Source: Terriglobia bacterium (lineage in GTDB: Bacteria; Acidobacteriota; Terriglobia; 2-12-FULL-54-10). From it: a stretch of DNA of 64,000 nt. Of this stretch, positions 1 to 9,504 are shown piece after piece. Where the stretch lies: contig CBDCTS010000007.1 of NCBI GenBank assembly GCA_965222345.1, forward strand, positions 191,076 through 255,075. The letters are read 5' to 3'. The position numbers and the translations under genes are program-made. How positions within the stretch are numbered: position 1 is the first letter of the stretch; every line of letters begins with the position of its first letter. The notes below the pieces were generated by a model. That model had not been told where the DNA came from and did no database searches. It worked only from the letters and a program-made list of their open reading frames with translations.

Positions 1-185
1 TTTGCTGGGAGTATTTGTCAGCGCCGGGTCGTTCTTCCTGGGCTTTTTATGGGCCGCCGTCGACGAGGAACGTCTCTCCTGGCACGACCGCATCTCCAAG
101 ACCTTCCTTACCACGGCCAATCGCCCGTAATGACGTTCTGACCTGCCGGAAGCGAGAACCCTGGCCGGGAACCGTCCGTAATTTA

Positions 186-1322
186 TTATTCCGGTTGAGT
201 TGCAACGGGAGGACCCCGAAAAACTTTGATGGCCAGATCGCGGGGACCAAGCCCCACTGGCACCAAAGTGAACAGTGACCGCACGGCTGTATCGATAACG
301 GCCAGCTCGCTCGACAGACTATTGAGGACCAGCAGATAATGATCATCCGGGGTAAGCGCCAGCGCATCCGGTTGCGCTCCAACGGGAACCGAAGCCAGCA
401 CCCTGCGGTTGATGATATCGAGCACTGAGACGGTGTTCGAGCCGAAATTCGTGATATAGAGCAAGGTCCCAGCGCGATTCGCCACGGCCCGGCTCGGGTT
501 GGAACCTGCCCTAAGATTTCCTGTCACCTCGTCGGCATAGGTATTGATCACCGTCACCGAGTCGGAGCCGAAATTGGTCACAAATAATTCTCCCGCATCC
601 GGCTTCAGGGCGAGGCCTGCGGATGTCTTCCCGGACTCAAGATGGGTAATCAGCTTATGCGATCTGAGATCAATGGCTGAAATATTGCCGCTACCCGTGT
701 TGCCGACAAAGACCTGAGAGCCGTCGGGAAGCATCGCCAGGGGACCCGGCTCGCTTCCCACCTTCACGTCGGCTACCTTCCTCATCTGTTCCAGGTCAAT
801 GATGCTGACTGTGTTGCTACCGCGGTTCGATACAACCAAAAGTTTTCCGTCCGGCGTGGCTTTGGCCTGTGTGGGGTATTCTCCGGTGGGGATGGTGTTG
901 CTGACTTTTCTGCCGAACAGATCCACGACGGAGACGGTGCCGGACCCCGCATTGGCAACGTAACCGGTTTTTCCGTCAGGTGAAAGCTCCAACCCAAACG
1001 GAGAGCGTCCCAGAGAGATCGCTTCTCCCGTCTCCAGATTTTCGGCATTCAGAAATTCGAGAGTTCCCGAACCGGTATTGACCACATAGACCTCGTTGCG
1101 GACCGGGCTGGCCGTCACCCCCGTAGGTCCCCTTCCCACGGGGATCGTGCCCCGCACCCGGAAGGTTCCGAGATCGATCACCGTCACCGTGTCGTTTTTT
1201 CCGTTGGTCACAAAAACGTACTGCCGCAGGACAGCAGCAGCGGTCTCCAGTGTGGCTTGCTGGCAGCCGGTCCAGAAAAGGGCGCAACTCAGAAATAGGG
1301 CCGCAGTCAGACTCTGTTTCAT
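186..1322 (-). CDS. YVTN-family beta-propeller repeat lipoprotein (secreted)
   Basis: 378-aa ORF. N-terminal lipoprotein signal (MKQSLTAALFLSCALFWTGC). Repeated approx. 40-aa units with the 'VYVVNTGSGTL / VTNFGSDSVTVI / YITNFGSNTVSV' pattern typical of YVTN beta-propeller repeats. Confidence 0.6.
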   Translation of the reverse strand: MKQSLTAALFLSCALFWTGCQQATLETAAAVLRQYVFVTNGKNDTVTVIDLGTFRVRGTIPVGRGPTGVTASPVRNEVYVVNTGSGTLEFLNAENLETGEAISLGRSPFGLELSPDGKTGYVANAGSGTVSVVDLFGRKVSNTIPTGEYPTQAKATPDGKLLVVSNRGSNTVSIIDLEQMRKVADVKVGSEPGPLAMLPDGSQVFVGNTGSGNISAIDLRSHKLITHLESGKTSAGLALKPDAGELFVTNFGSDSVTVINTYADEVTGNLRAGSNPSRAVANRAGTLLYITNFGSNTVSVLDIINRRVLASVPVGAQPDALALTPDDHYLLVLNSLSSELAVIDTAVRSLFTLVPVGLGPRDLAIKVFRGPPVATQPE

Positions 1323-1574
1323 TTCAAGAAAAATAGGAAAACTCCGTCAAACAAGCCGGGCGAGGCGGCCTGTGTGCGTTCTGCCAGTATGCCGCTTCAC
1401 TGAGTTCCCCTTTTATTTTATTATCTCCCATCTCCGGCCCAACTCTTCCGGTTATTTACGGCGCATCTGCTGCTTGCCGGCGGAAAAGGAACCGGCACTC
1501 TCCCAGCAAAGCGCCCCGGAGCTATGCTAGAATATGAGTTTATATCCCTTGCAGGAATCGCGCGACTTTCAGGA

Positions 1575-2258
1575 ATGGCGAGAATGGTTGAGATTATCCC
1601 CTCCATACTGTCGGCCGATATGGCGCGGCTGGCCGAAGCGATGGAATCGGTCAAGGCCGGCGGGGCCAATCACATCCACGTGGACGTGATGGACGGGCAC
1701 TTCGTGCCCAACATCACCATCGGCCCGCCCGTGGTCAGCTCGCTTCGCCGCGCCACGGATCTTTTGCTGGATGTCCATTTGATGATCGAAGACCCGGACA
1801 AATACATTCCCGATTTTGTGCGCGCGGGCGCCGACCTGCTGTCGGTTCATCAGGAGGCCACCCGGCATCTGGACAGATCCTTGAATCTGATCCGGTCGAG
1901 CGGCGCGCAGGCCGGCGTGGCGATTAATCCATCCACCCCGGTGGAAACCCTCTCGGCAGTGCTTGAAATGGCGGACTTTGTGCTGGTGATGTCGGTGAAT
2001 CCGGGCTTTGGAGGACAGAAGTTTATCCCTTATACTTTAGGGAAGGTCCGGCAATTGGACCAGATTCGGCGGGAGACCGGCCTGCCGTTTCGGATTGAGA
2101 TCGACGGAGGCTTGAATTCGGATAACATTGGAGAGGCCGTGCGGGCTGGCGCCGGGATGATTGTCGCCGGATCGAGCGTCTTTCACAGCGGGAATCCGCG
2201 CCAAGCCGTCGAACAGATACGCAAGGCGGGAAATGAGGCGACCTTGAGCCGGATTTGA
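1575..2258 (+). CDS. rpe: ribulose-phosphate 3-epimerase
   Basis: Motifs IIPSILSAD, HVDVMDGHFVPNITIGP, MSVNPGFGGQKF and a length of about 228 aa match Rpe. Start placed at the internal Met (MARMVEIIPS) rather than the track start at 1524. Confidence 0.85.
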   Translation: MARMVEIIPSILSADMARLAEAMESVKAGGANHIHVDVMDGHFVPNITIGPPVVSSLRRATDLLLDVHLMIEDPDKYIPDFVRAGADLLSVHQEATRHLDRSLNLIRSSGAQAGVAINPSTPVETLSAVLEMADFVLVMSVNPGFGGQKFIPYTLGKVRQLDQIRRETGLPFRIEIDGGLNSDNIGEAVRAGAGMIVAGSSVFHSGNPRQAVEQIRKAGNEATLSRI

Positions 2259-2309
2259 TTTCCGGCTGCGCGGACTTCAGGTTTATCGCTGATTTTTGGA
2301 GGATTTGAG

Positions 2310-3368
2310 ATGAGACCGAAGGCGAGGTGGGTGCTTCTTTTGGCGGCCGGAATATTTCTTGCTTCCGGATGTTCTCTCCGGCGGCATCCCATTGAGACCC
2401 CCATAGTCAACAATTCGCAGCAGCCGGACAAGGAGCTGTTTGACCGGGCTGTCGAAGATATGGAGCACTCCCGTTATACCGTTGCCCGCCTGACATTCCA
2501 AACGCTCATCAACGCCTACCCGGACAGCGAGTACCTGGCGAAAGCCAAATTGGGCATTGCCGATTCCTGGTATCGCCAGGGAGGCACCAGCAATCTGTTG
2601 CAGGCGGAAGCGGAGTACCGTGACTTTATCACCTTCTTTCCCACCATGCCGGAGGCGGGCGAGGCCCAGATGCGCGTGGCCATGATCCATTACCGGGCAA
2701 TGGAAAAACCTGACCGGGATCCTACGCGCGCGCAAAGAGCCGAGCAGGAATTTCAGAAATTATTGCTCACCCATCCGGACGGCCCTTTTGTTCCACTGGC
2801 CACCCAGCGGCTCCGGGAGGTGCAGGAGGTGCTGGCTCAGGGAGCCTTTGAGATTTGCCGTTTCTACTATCTTCAGGGCGCGGACCGGGCCACGCAGCCC
2901 CGCCTGCAGGAACTGGTCGAGCGTTACCCGAACTTCAGCCAAACCGACGAGGCCTTGTACATGCTGGGAAGCTCTCTAGAACGGTCCGAAGGCGAGGCTG
3001 TCGCCAGAGCGTCGGAGTACTATTCCCGTATCGTCCGGGATTACCCTCTCAGTCCGCGCGCCGAGGACTCTAAAAAGAGCCTGGCGGCTTTGGAGGCTCC
3101 GATCCCAGAGCCTGACCCGGCAGCGGTGGCTCGCATGACCTACGAAAACACTCACGCAGGCAGCATCGGATTGTGGGATAAAATGATGGGAGCCTTCAAA
3201 CGGCATCCCAATGTGAGCGCCGCCCAAGGAAAAACCGGCCCTCCCACCATGACCGCGCAGGGACCGGCACAAGTGGAGGCTTCCGTTGCCACCGGCGGCT
3301 CCTCCCCGAGCGGTTCCACCACGTCAATCTTCCTGGAACCGGTAACTGAGGAAGGTTCCAGCGAATAG
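2310..3368 (+). CDS. TPR-repeat outer-membrane lipoprotein, BamD/YfiO-like
   Basis: Lipoprotein signal (LLLAAGIFLASGCS), TPR-like helical repeats (AKAKLGIADSWYRQG..., EALYMLGSSL...) and a Pro/Ser/Thr-rich C-terminal tail. Call rests on the lipoprotein plus TPR architecture. Confidence 0.5.
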   Translation: MRPKARWVLLLAAGIFLASGCSLRRHPIETPIVNNSQQPDKELFDRAVEDMEHSRYTVARLTFQTLINAYPDSEYLAKAKLGIADSWYRQGGTSNLLQAEAEYRDFITFFPTMPEAGEAQMRVAMIHYRAMEKPDRDPTRAQRAEQEFQKLLLTHPDGPFVPLATQRLREVQEVLAQGAFEICRFYYLQGADRATQPRLQELVERYPNFSQTDEALYMLGSSLERSEGEAVARASEYYSRIVRDYPLSPRAEDSKKSLAALEAPIPEPDPAAVARMTYENTHAGSIGLWDKMMGAFKRHPNVSAAQGKTGPPTMTAQGPAQVEASVATGGSSPSGSTTSIFLEPVTEEGSSE

Positions 3369-3494
3369 CCGCTCCATGTCCCTGGACCGTGAAAGCTTCT
3401 CTCGAAGAGGATAGTTTCCCGGAACCGGTCCCTGCCTCCCAGCCGCTTCCGGAGAGAGACAAGTCCGGCTTGCCCCAAACTTCCCTTAAATCCG

Positions 3495-3803
3495 CTACTG
3501 ATTGAAGATCGAATCCCACTTTTTGCGGACATCGTCAGAGGAAACGCCCGACTTGCGGGTGAGGTCCACGCCCGTCCGGGCCTCGAAGTAGTCGCAGTAG
3601 TTTCCCTTGTCCTTGGATCGCACCCACTCGGCCTGGGTCTCACGGCATTCGTTATGAACCGAAGGATCGAAGAAGCGGCAGTTCTTGCAACAGTGCAGGT
3701 CGGCGTCGCAGTCGGGGCATGTATCCCGTTTCAGAACCTTCTGCCCGGCAAGCACCTGGATGGCCCGTCCGCAGCTAAAGCAGGAAAAGGTTACATCCGG
3801 CAT
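3495..3803 (-). CDS. small cysteine-rich zinc-ribbon protein (hypothetical)
   Basis: 102-aa ORF with CxxC...CxxC...CxxC spacing (CFSCG, CPDCD, CKNCRF) suggesting Zn-ribbon fold; not overlapping neighbours. Confidence 0.4.
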   Translation of the reverse strand: MPDVTFSCFSCGRAIQVLAGQKVLKRDTCPDCDADLHCCKNCRFFDPSVHNECRETQAEWVRSKDKGNYCDYFEARTGVDLTRKSGVSSDDVRKKWDSIFNQ

Positions 3804-3925
3804 GAAGGCATTTTAACATATGAAGGATCTCTCTGATCTGCAAGGCTCATCGGCGGGCCGTGCGCCGGGCCAAAAATCTCCCCGGACGGCTTTCCCATCC
3901 TGATCCTCATGCTATATTCCAACCG

Positions 3926-6082
3926 ATGATCACACTCTCCACTCCGGTCCAATTCATCAAAGGCGTAGGGGAGGAAAGAGCCCGGATTCTGCATAACAAG
4001 GGCATCTTCACCGCCGAGGACCTGCTCTACACCGTTCCCTTCCGATATGAAGACCGCACGGTGCTGCGCGGACCGGCCGAGGTTCGCTCGGGCGAGATGG
4101 CAACGGTGATTGCCCCGGTGCTCCGGGCCGGAATGCTGCGCCTGCGCCGGAAAAAATGGAGCATTTTCCAGGCGGAAGTCGGCGAAGGCCCCCATCGGCT
4201 GAACTGCAAATGGTTCAATGCCGCCTACCTGCAACGCCTCATCCATCCCGGCCAGTATTTGGCTCTCCATGGCAAGGTGGAAGAGGATGTCTACGAGGGC
4301 GGTCTGCAAATGACCCAGCCGCAATATGAAATCTTACCGGAGCCTCCCGGCAGTTCTGCCACTCCTGCCCAGTCCCTGGAGGTGGGCCGAATTGTTCCGA
4401 TCTACGAATCAGCCGGCAACGGTCGTCTGACCTCGCGTTTTTTCCGGCGGGTGATTCATTTCCTTCTGGAATCGCTTTCCGGAATAGAAGACCCGCTGCC
4501 CCTTGCGGTGGCCGAGCAGTACCGCCTGATCCCGCGCTGGGAGGCAATCCGCAACATTCATTTCCCTCCCCCGGGGAGCCGGCTCGCGGAGTTCGGGGAG
4601 TTCCGGAACGCCGCCCAACTTCGCCTGATCTTCGAAGAGTTTTTCTTTTTGGAGGTTGGGCTGGCGCTCAAGCGCAATCTGGCGCGCGAAATGCACGGCA
4701 TCGCCTTTCGTACGGACCCCAAAATTCGCGAGTCCCTGAAGAAGGTCCTGCCGTTTCACCCTACCTCCGCCCAGAAGAAGGCATTGTCGGAAATCGTAGC
4801 GGACATGCGCGCCCCCCGTCCAATGCACCGGCTGCTGCAAGGGGACGTTGGCAGCGGCAAAACCATCGTGGCCTTGCAGGCCGCCCTCATCGCGATGGAG
4901 AACGGATACCAGGTGGTGATGATGGCTCCCACCGAGGTGCTGGCCGCGCAGCACTTCTTCTATTTTCGCCGCATTCTGGACCCCTCCGGTTACCAGGTTC
5001 TTCTGCTGAGCGGCAGCGCCACGGCCCGCGAAAAAAAAGTCTTGAAAAGGCTGCTGCGGGAAGGCAGCGTCCAAATGGCCATCGGAACCCACGCCCTGGT
5101 GGAGCAGGACGTGGAGTTGCCGGCCCTTGGGCTGACCATCATCGATGAACAGCACCGCTTCGGTGTGATGCAACGTCTTCGCCTGATGCAAAAGGGCCGC
5201 ACGCCGGACACTCTGGTGATGACGGCTACGCCGATACCACGAACTCTGGCCCTGACGCTCTATGGTGACCTGGATGTTTCGACCATCGACGAGATGCCTG
5301 CCGGCCGCCTTCCCGTTCACACACGCCAGATCCCCGAGGAGGCCGCCTCGCAAGCCTACCAGTTTGTACGCTCCGAGGTGGCTTCCGGCGCCCAGGCTTT
5401 TATCGTTTACCCGCTGATTGAGGAATCCGTCCGGCCCCAGAAAACTACGTCGGCCCAAAAAAGGAAGTCCGGCATAGTAGACCTCAAATCGGCGCTGCAA
5501 ATGTATGAATTGCTGTCCAAGGAAACCTTTCCGGAATGCAAAGTCGGCCTCCTACATGGCCGCCTCCCGGCAGAGGAAAAAGAGCGCACGATGCAGGGAT
5601 TCCAATCCGGTGAAATCCAGATTCTTGTCGGCACCACGGTGATCGAAGTGGGAGTCGATGTGCCCAACGCCACCGTCATGGTGGTCGAGCAGGCCGAACG
5701 CTTCGGGCTTGCCCAGTTGCACCAGTTGCGAGGCCGCGTGGGCCGTGGGCGCAGGCAGTCCCACTGCCTGCTGCTGACCTCGCGACGGCAAACCGAGGTG
5801 GCGCGGCAGCGCCTGGCCGCTCTGGAGGGCAGTAACGACGGTTTTCAAATCGCCGAGCTGGACCTGCGCCTGCGCGGGCCGGGCGAATTTCTCGGCACCC
5901 GCCAGTCCGGCCTGCCCGCCCTGCGCATGGCCAATCTGCTGCGCGACCGCGAAATCCTGGAGTGGGCCCGCCGCTTGGCCGGCGACTTTGTCGAACGCGG
6001 CAACCGCCGGGAACTGGCTCGATTGACGAACTACATTAAGCAAAACTGGAATCGTCGATATGGTCTGGTAGAGGTGGGCTAA
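3926..6082 (+). CDS. recG: ATP-dependent DNA helicase RecG
   Basis: N-terminal wedge domain, Walker A (GDVGSGKT), DEQHRFGV, the helicase C domain and the QLHQLRGRVGRG motif; RecG-like length of about 718 aa from MITLSTPV. Confidence 0.9.
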   Translation: MITLSTPVQFIKGVGEERARILHNKGIFTAEDLLYTVPFRYEDRTVLRGPAEVRSGEMATVIAPVLRAGMLRLRRKKWSIFQAEVGEGPHRLNCKWFNAAYLQRLIHPGQYLALHGKVEEDVYEGGLQMTQPQYEILPEPPGSSATPAQSLEVGRIVPIYESAGNGRLTSRFFRRVIHFLLESLSGIEDPLPLAVAEQYRLIPRWEAIRNIHFPPPGSRLAEFGEFRNAAQLRLIFEEFFFLEVGLALKRNLAREMHGIAFRTDPKIRESLKKVLPFHPTSAQKKALSEIVADMRAPRPMHRLLQGDVGSGKTIVALQAALIAMENGYQVVMMAPTEVLAAQHFFYFRRILDPSGYQVLLLSGSATAREKKVLKRLLREGSVQMAIGTHALVEQDVELPALGLTIIDEQHRFGVMQRLRLMQKGRTPDTLVMTATPIPRTLALTLYGDLDVSTIDEMPAGRLPVHTRQIPEEAASQAYQFVRSEVASGAQAFIVYPLIEESVRPQKTTSAQKRKSGIVDLKSALQMYELLSKETFPECKVGLLHGRLPAEEKERTMQGFQSGEIQILVGTTVIEVGVDVPNATVMVVEQAERFGLAQLHQLRGRVGRGRRQSHCLLLTSRRQTEVARQRLAALEGSNDGFQIAELDLRLRGPGEFLGTRQSGLPALRMANLLRDREILEWARRLAGDFVERGNRRELARLTNYIKQNWNRRYGLVEVG

Positions 6083-6780
6083 AAGCCTGCTGGATAAAGC
6101 AATTTCAGGGTTTGCGTAAACATCGTTGTGGATGAGCAAACTTCCCATTTCGCCAACTGCCTCATTTCACCCATTTGACAGTAATAAACTTGGCTGTTTG
6201 GCGCCTGCACGTGGCTGTAGGAACGATAGAGTTGCACTTTTTTTGGCTTAGCAAAACAACTTTTTGTTGATTCTAATAGACCTGTTGGCTTCGTTTGGTA
6301 ATATATACCCCTTTCCCGCAAACTCATCTTCCTTCCAGACGCATTTCCAACGTCAGGCGGGGGAGCTAGGACGGCACCTCGGTCTCGGTGTTTATTCAGC
6401 GCGCTCATACGGTCGGTTATCCTGCAGCAGATTCCTGTGAAAAGAGAATCTTTTCGAGAATTCCAAGGATTCCGAATTGGTAAGTGGGGCAGGCATTCCT
6501 GCCTCAGGTAGCGACAGGCCTCCAGGCCTGTACCCCCTTTGCTCCGCATCGCAGCGTTTCCAGTTGCTTGCCATTTCTCATTTACACCTGCCGGCAAACC
6601 GCTCTAACCGCGCCGAATGGCTTTGCTTTGCAGAACAAAGCCAATGCCCAATCTTCTGAATATCTCATATCTCCTTTTTATACAATTGATTAGCTGGATA
6701 CCAGAAGTTTTGAAATGGCTTTGTTTTGCAAAAAAACTTTTCTTCCCGCTCCCCTTCCCCTGCAAGCTAAACAAAACCAG

Positions 6781-6902
6781 CTTCACAAACGCCCTCCGGC
6801 CCGATTGTCCCTCGCGGCAAATTTCGGAGGCAACAAAATTCTTCCGAATATTCCGAATCTGCCGAATCTACCGAGGAAACCGAATCTGCCGAATCCGTTC
6901 CG
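6781..6902 (+). repeat. copy A of an approx. 120-190 bp repeated element containing tandem TTCCGAAT/CTGCCGAAT units
   Basis: About 80% identical to the reverse complement of 54095-54215. Shared core 'ccggcccgattNtccctcgc...ggcaacaaaatt...ttccgaNNattccgaatctgccgaa...ccgaggaaaccga'. Confidence 0.55.
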
Positions 6903-7571
6903 ATAATGAGTTAAAGTGTTGATAAAACAGCTAATTTATGGAAATGACATTCAAGCTTACATTCTTAACCCACAGAATTTCGGCGCTGAACGGCCGTTTG
7001 AAGGGGGTAGCTCAAAAGCGGAAGTTCCGGCGCTTCAACCGATGGCTCTCTAAAACTGGATCCCGAACCTGTAAGAAGTCGGTGTATTCCCAGGCGTCGG
7101 AGTCCAACACCGCTTCCACCGTCAGCTCCGCACTGATCGAGAAGCGACTCTGGACAGTCGATCGCGTGCCGCCCGTGTTGATGTCGCCACGTCGTAAAAA
7201 CTGTTCGACGCGACGCGGTGGGGGCGGCACGGTTCGATTACGGCACTCGATCCGTAGAGGCCCGGGCGACCGTTGGGCCGTAGCCAGGGCATCGCATGAG
7301 CAAGGATTGCTGGACTAGGACAGAAGGCTGCATCAGCTGCTTCAATTCATGACCCACGGGACGCACCATCGCGAACAACTTCTCAATCATGATCACGCTG
7401 ATGGGTTAAAGCCAGCCCTTTGAGGACGGAGATTTCGGAGGCTGCTCCAATGCTCTTGACGAAGCTGCTTGAGACCCGCTTTTCTCGTTTGTTTTTGTCT
7501 CGACTGGGGGGTATCGTATACTCTATGCAGGGTGGTAAATTACGGGTGGAGACACCGGAACAGGAGATCAC

Positions 7572-8327
7572 ATGAACAATTTTTCGAAAATGGCCCAAGT
7601 GTTGACGGATGCATTGAAGTTGAAGACATCGCCCGTTGCTGTTTGCATCATGGACGAAGCTCCCAACGATGTGCCGGCCCACGGCGGCGCAGTAGCCGCC
7701 GGGTGTATGTTCTGGGAGGAAGGTTCGCAGAAGGCGTTCAACACCACGGGGAAGGATCATGAGAACTGCACCGTGGGAATGTACACCCACCACATGCCGA
7801 TTACCACCAAGACGCAAGAAGCAAACCTCAACGACAGCTTGAAGGTGTTTGGCGATCTCGGTTACGTCCGCCCAGAGGACCTGCCGCTGGTGCCGGTGCT
7901 GAATCGCGAGGCCAAAAATGTGGTCTACTCACCGCTCGGCAGCGCGCCCGCAACGCCGGATGTGGTGTTGTTGTTTGTGAACTTCGCCCAAGGGTTGATC
8001 GTGTCGGAAGCGGCACAGCAGGTGGAGGGCAGTATCGCTCCGGCGCTGGGCCGTCCGGCCTGCGCCGTCGTCCCGCAGGCAGCCAACACCAAGCTGGCTG
8101 CTCTCAGCCTGGGTTGCTGCGGCGCTCGCGCTTACCTCAATGTCATGACCGATGACATTGCACTGTGGGCCATTCCCGGCGACAAGCTGCAGGCGTACGT
8201 GGATCGAGTTGAGGTGCTGGCGAAGGCCAACGCGATCCTCACCCAGTTCCACGGGATGCGCAAGCAGGACATCGCCAGTGGAAAGAACCCGACCATACAG
8301 GAGTCGCTGGCCCGCTTCTCCGCGTAG
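7572..8327 (+). CDS. DUF169-domain protein (uncharacterized ArCR, COG2043-like)
   Basis: 251-aa ORF; sequence features and length consistent with DUF169 proteins; clean ORF with Shine-Dalgarno-like ggagatca upstream. Confidence 0.65.
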   Translation: MNNFSKMAQVLTDALKLKTSPVAVCIMDEAPNDVPAHGGAVAAGCMFWEEGSQKAFNTTGKDHENCTVGMYTHHMPITTKTQEANLNDSLKVFGDLGYVRPEDLPLVPVLNREAKNVVYSPLGSAPATPDVVLLFVNFAQGLIVSEAAQQVEGSIAPALGRPACAVVPQAANTKLAALSLGCCGARAYLNVMTDDIALWAIPGDKLQAYVDRVEVLAKANAILTQFHGMRKQDIASGKNPTIQESLARFSA

Positions 8328-8419
8328 TTGCCCGACATCGCAGGCGCGGCAAGGGTCTCCGGTAAACCAGAGTCCACGGCGGGAATCCCGCTCGCCGTGG
8401 ACCCCCCGTACCAATTTCA

Positions 8420-8610
8420 GCGAGGATATACGCATCGTGCCGTGCGACGCTTCATGCGACGGACACGGCCTGAAACTTCGCCTCGATCTTTCTGGCGCCA
8501 GACGTTGGCTGCAGCGGCTGGTCATTCACGGCAAGCCAAGAACGCTCGGCCTGGGCGGCTATCTGCTGGTTTCGCTGGCCGAGGCCAGAGAAAAGGCCTT
8601 CGCCAACCAA
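8420..8610 (+). pseudogene. remnant of tyrosine recombinase (P4-type integrase) N-terminal arm-binding domain
   Basis: The translation 'DGHGLKLRLDLSGARRWLQRLVIHGKPRTLGLGGYLLVSLAEAREKAFANQ' matches the DUF4102/Arm-binding consensus (GLyLrV.psGsKsW..RYr..GK...lGLG.YP.vSLAEAReKA). No catalytic domain follows. Confidence 0.5.
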
Positions 8611-9063
8611 GCTGACCACGCCGGAGGGGCTGGCCTGGTGAGCGAGTTCACCAACCGGGACACCTCGACCGGCCGACGTTATGCTCGCCGGGGAAAAAGA
8701 CCCTCGCTGGCTTTTTGTAGAAACCGGTCGTGCGGTTCGAAATGCTGGTCCGGCGGATTGCTTGTCGGCGGTAACACCTCAAAACAAGTACGGCGGGACA
8801 TCGTGCACCGACCTGATCCGTTTCGGATCAGGCTCCGACCCTCTGTAGAGCCTCAACCAATGCTTGCATACCATGACAGCCCGACGCGCGGTAACCAGAC
8901 CGCAGTCCGTCCACTGGCCGCACCCGTGTGCCGGAAGCACAACCAGCGATCTCCGATTCGCAGCCCACGCCGGTTGCTACCCCTAGCGTAGCCGTCAATC
9001 AAGACGCCGTTCACCTTCCGCGCCTTGGGGAGGGTTTCCAATCACGTGTGTCACCCACGAGGT

Positions 9064-9504
9064 TTATTTGATGAGTGCCGCTCCGCAGTGGCCGCAGAAG
9101 CGGTTGCCGGGAGGACTTTTCTTCGAGCAAGAAGGGCAAATTCGGGATGCGCTCTTGCCTTCAGCCTGCTCGGTTTTGGATTTCGCCTTCGACGCCGCCC
9201 CTTGCGAAGCGCCGCCTTTCTTCTTTTTCGCTCCAGCAGGCTGCAAGCGCTCGATGGCGTCCATCACCGCCGCCAAGTCGTACAGAAATCCGCCTTTCAG
9301 CGACTGATAATCTTCATCCGAAAGTTTCCCTTGGTGATACTCGAACTGGAGGTCTTTCAAATTTTCGTAGAGCACCTGCCGCTGATTCTCCAGATGCTTC
9401 AATTCCGGGTTCTCTACGGGTGCGGGCGGGATGTCGCGCTCCCGCACCAGCAGCGTAAAGCCGATGGCTCCAATGGCCAACAACGCGCAAATAACGACTA
9501 CCAC
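9064..9504 (-). CDS. membrane-anchored coiled-coil protein with C-terminal zinc ribbon (hypothetical)
   Basis: N-terminal TM helix (VVVICALLAIGAIGFTLLV), heptad-like region, Lys-rich linker and a C-terminal CPSC...CGHC ribbon. The opposite-strand ORF is Arg-rich and looks like antisense noise. Confidence 0.5.
   Translation of the reverse strand: MVVVICALLAIGAIGFTLLVRERDIPPAPVENPELKHLENQRQVLYENLKDLQFEYHQGKLSDEDYQSLKGGFLYDLAAVMDAIERLQPAGAKKKKGGASQGAASKAKSKTEQAEGKSASRICPSCSKKSPPGNRFCGHCGAALIK

Noticed and set aside
4409-5500. 363-aa minus-strand ORF inside recG
   Set aside because: It is antisense to the well-supported RecG frame and has no motifs.
6843-6902. Possible CRISPR array suggested by tandem ccgaat repeats
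   Set aside because: The units are only 8-10 bp, irregular and without spacers of CRISPR size. No cas genes are nearby. It was classified as a short tandem repeat within a dispersed element instead.
8152-8991. 279-aa plus-strand ORF treated as one gene
   Set aside because: It overlaps the 3' end of the DUF169 gene in another frame, and only the 8420-8610 portion resembles anything (the integrase N-terminus). The rest is Arg/Pro/Ser-rich and is interpreted as a pseudogene remnant, not an intact CDS.
6100-9060. tRNA gene as integrase attachment site
   Set aside because: No cloverleaf-compatible sequence or T-loop (GGTTCGAAT-like) motif was found by eye anywhere in the window. This needs tRNAscan-SE and is left unreported rather than guessed.
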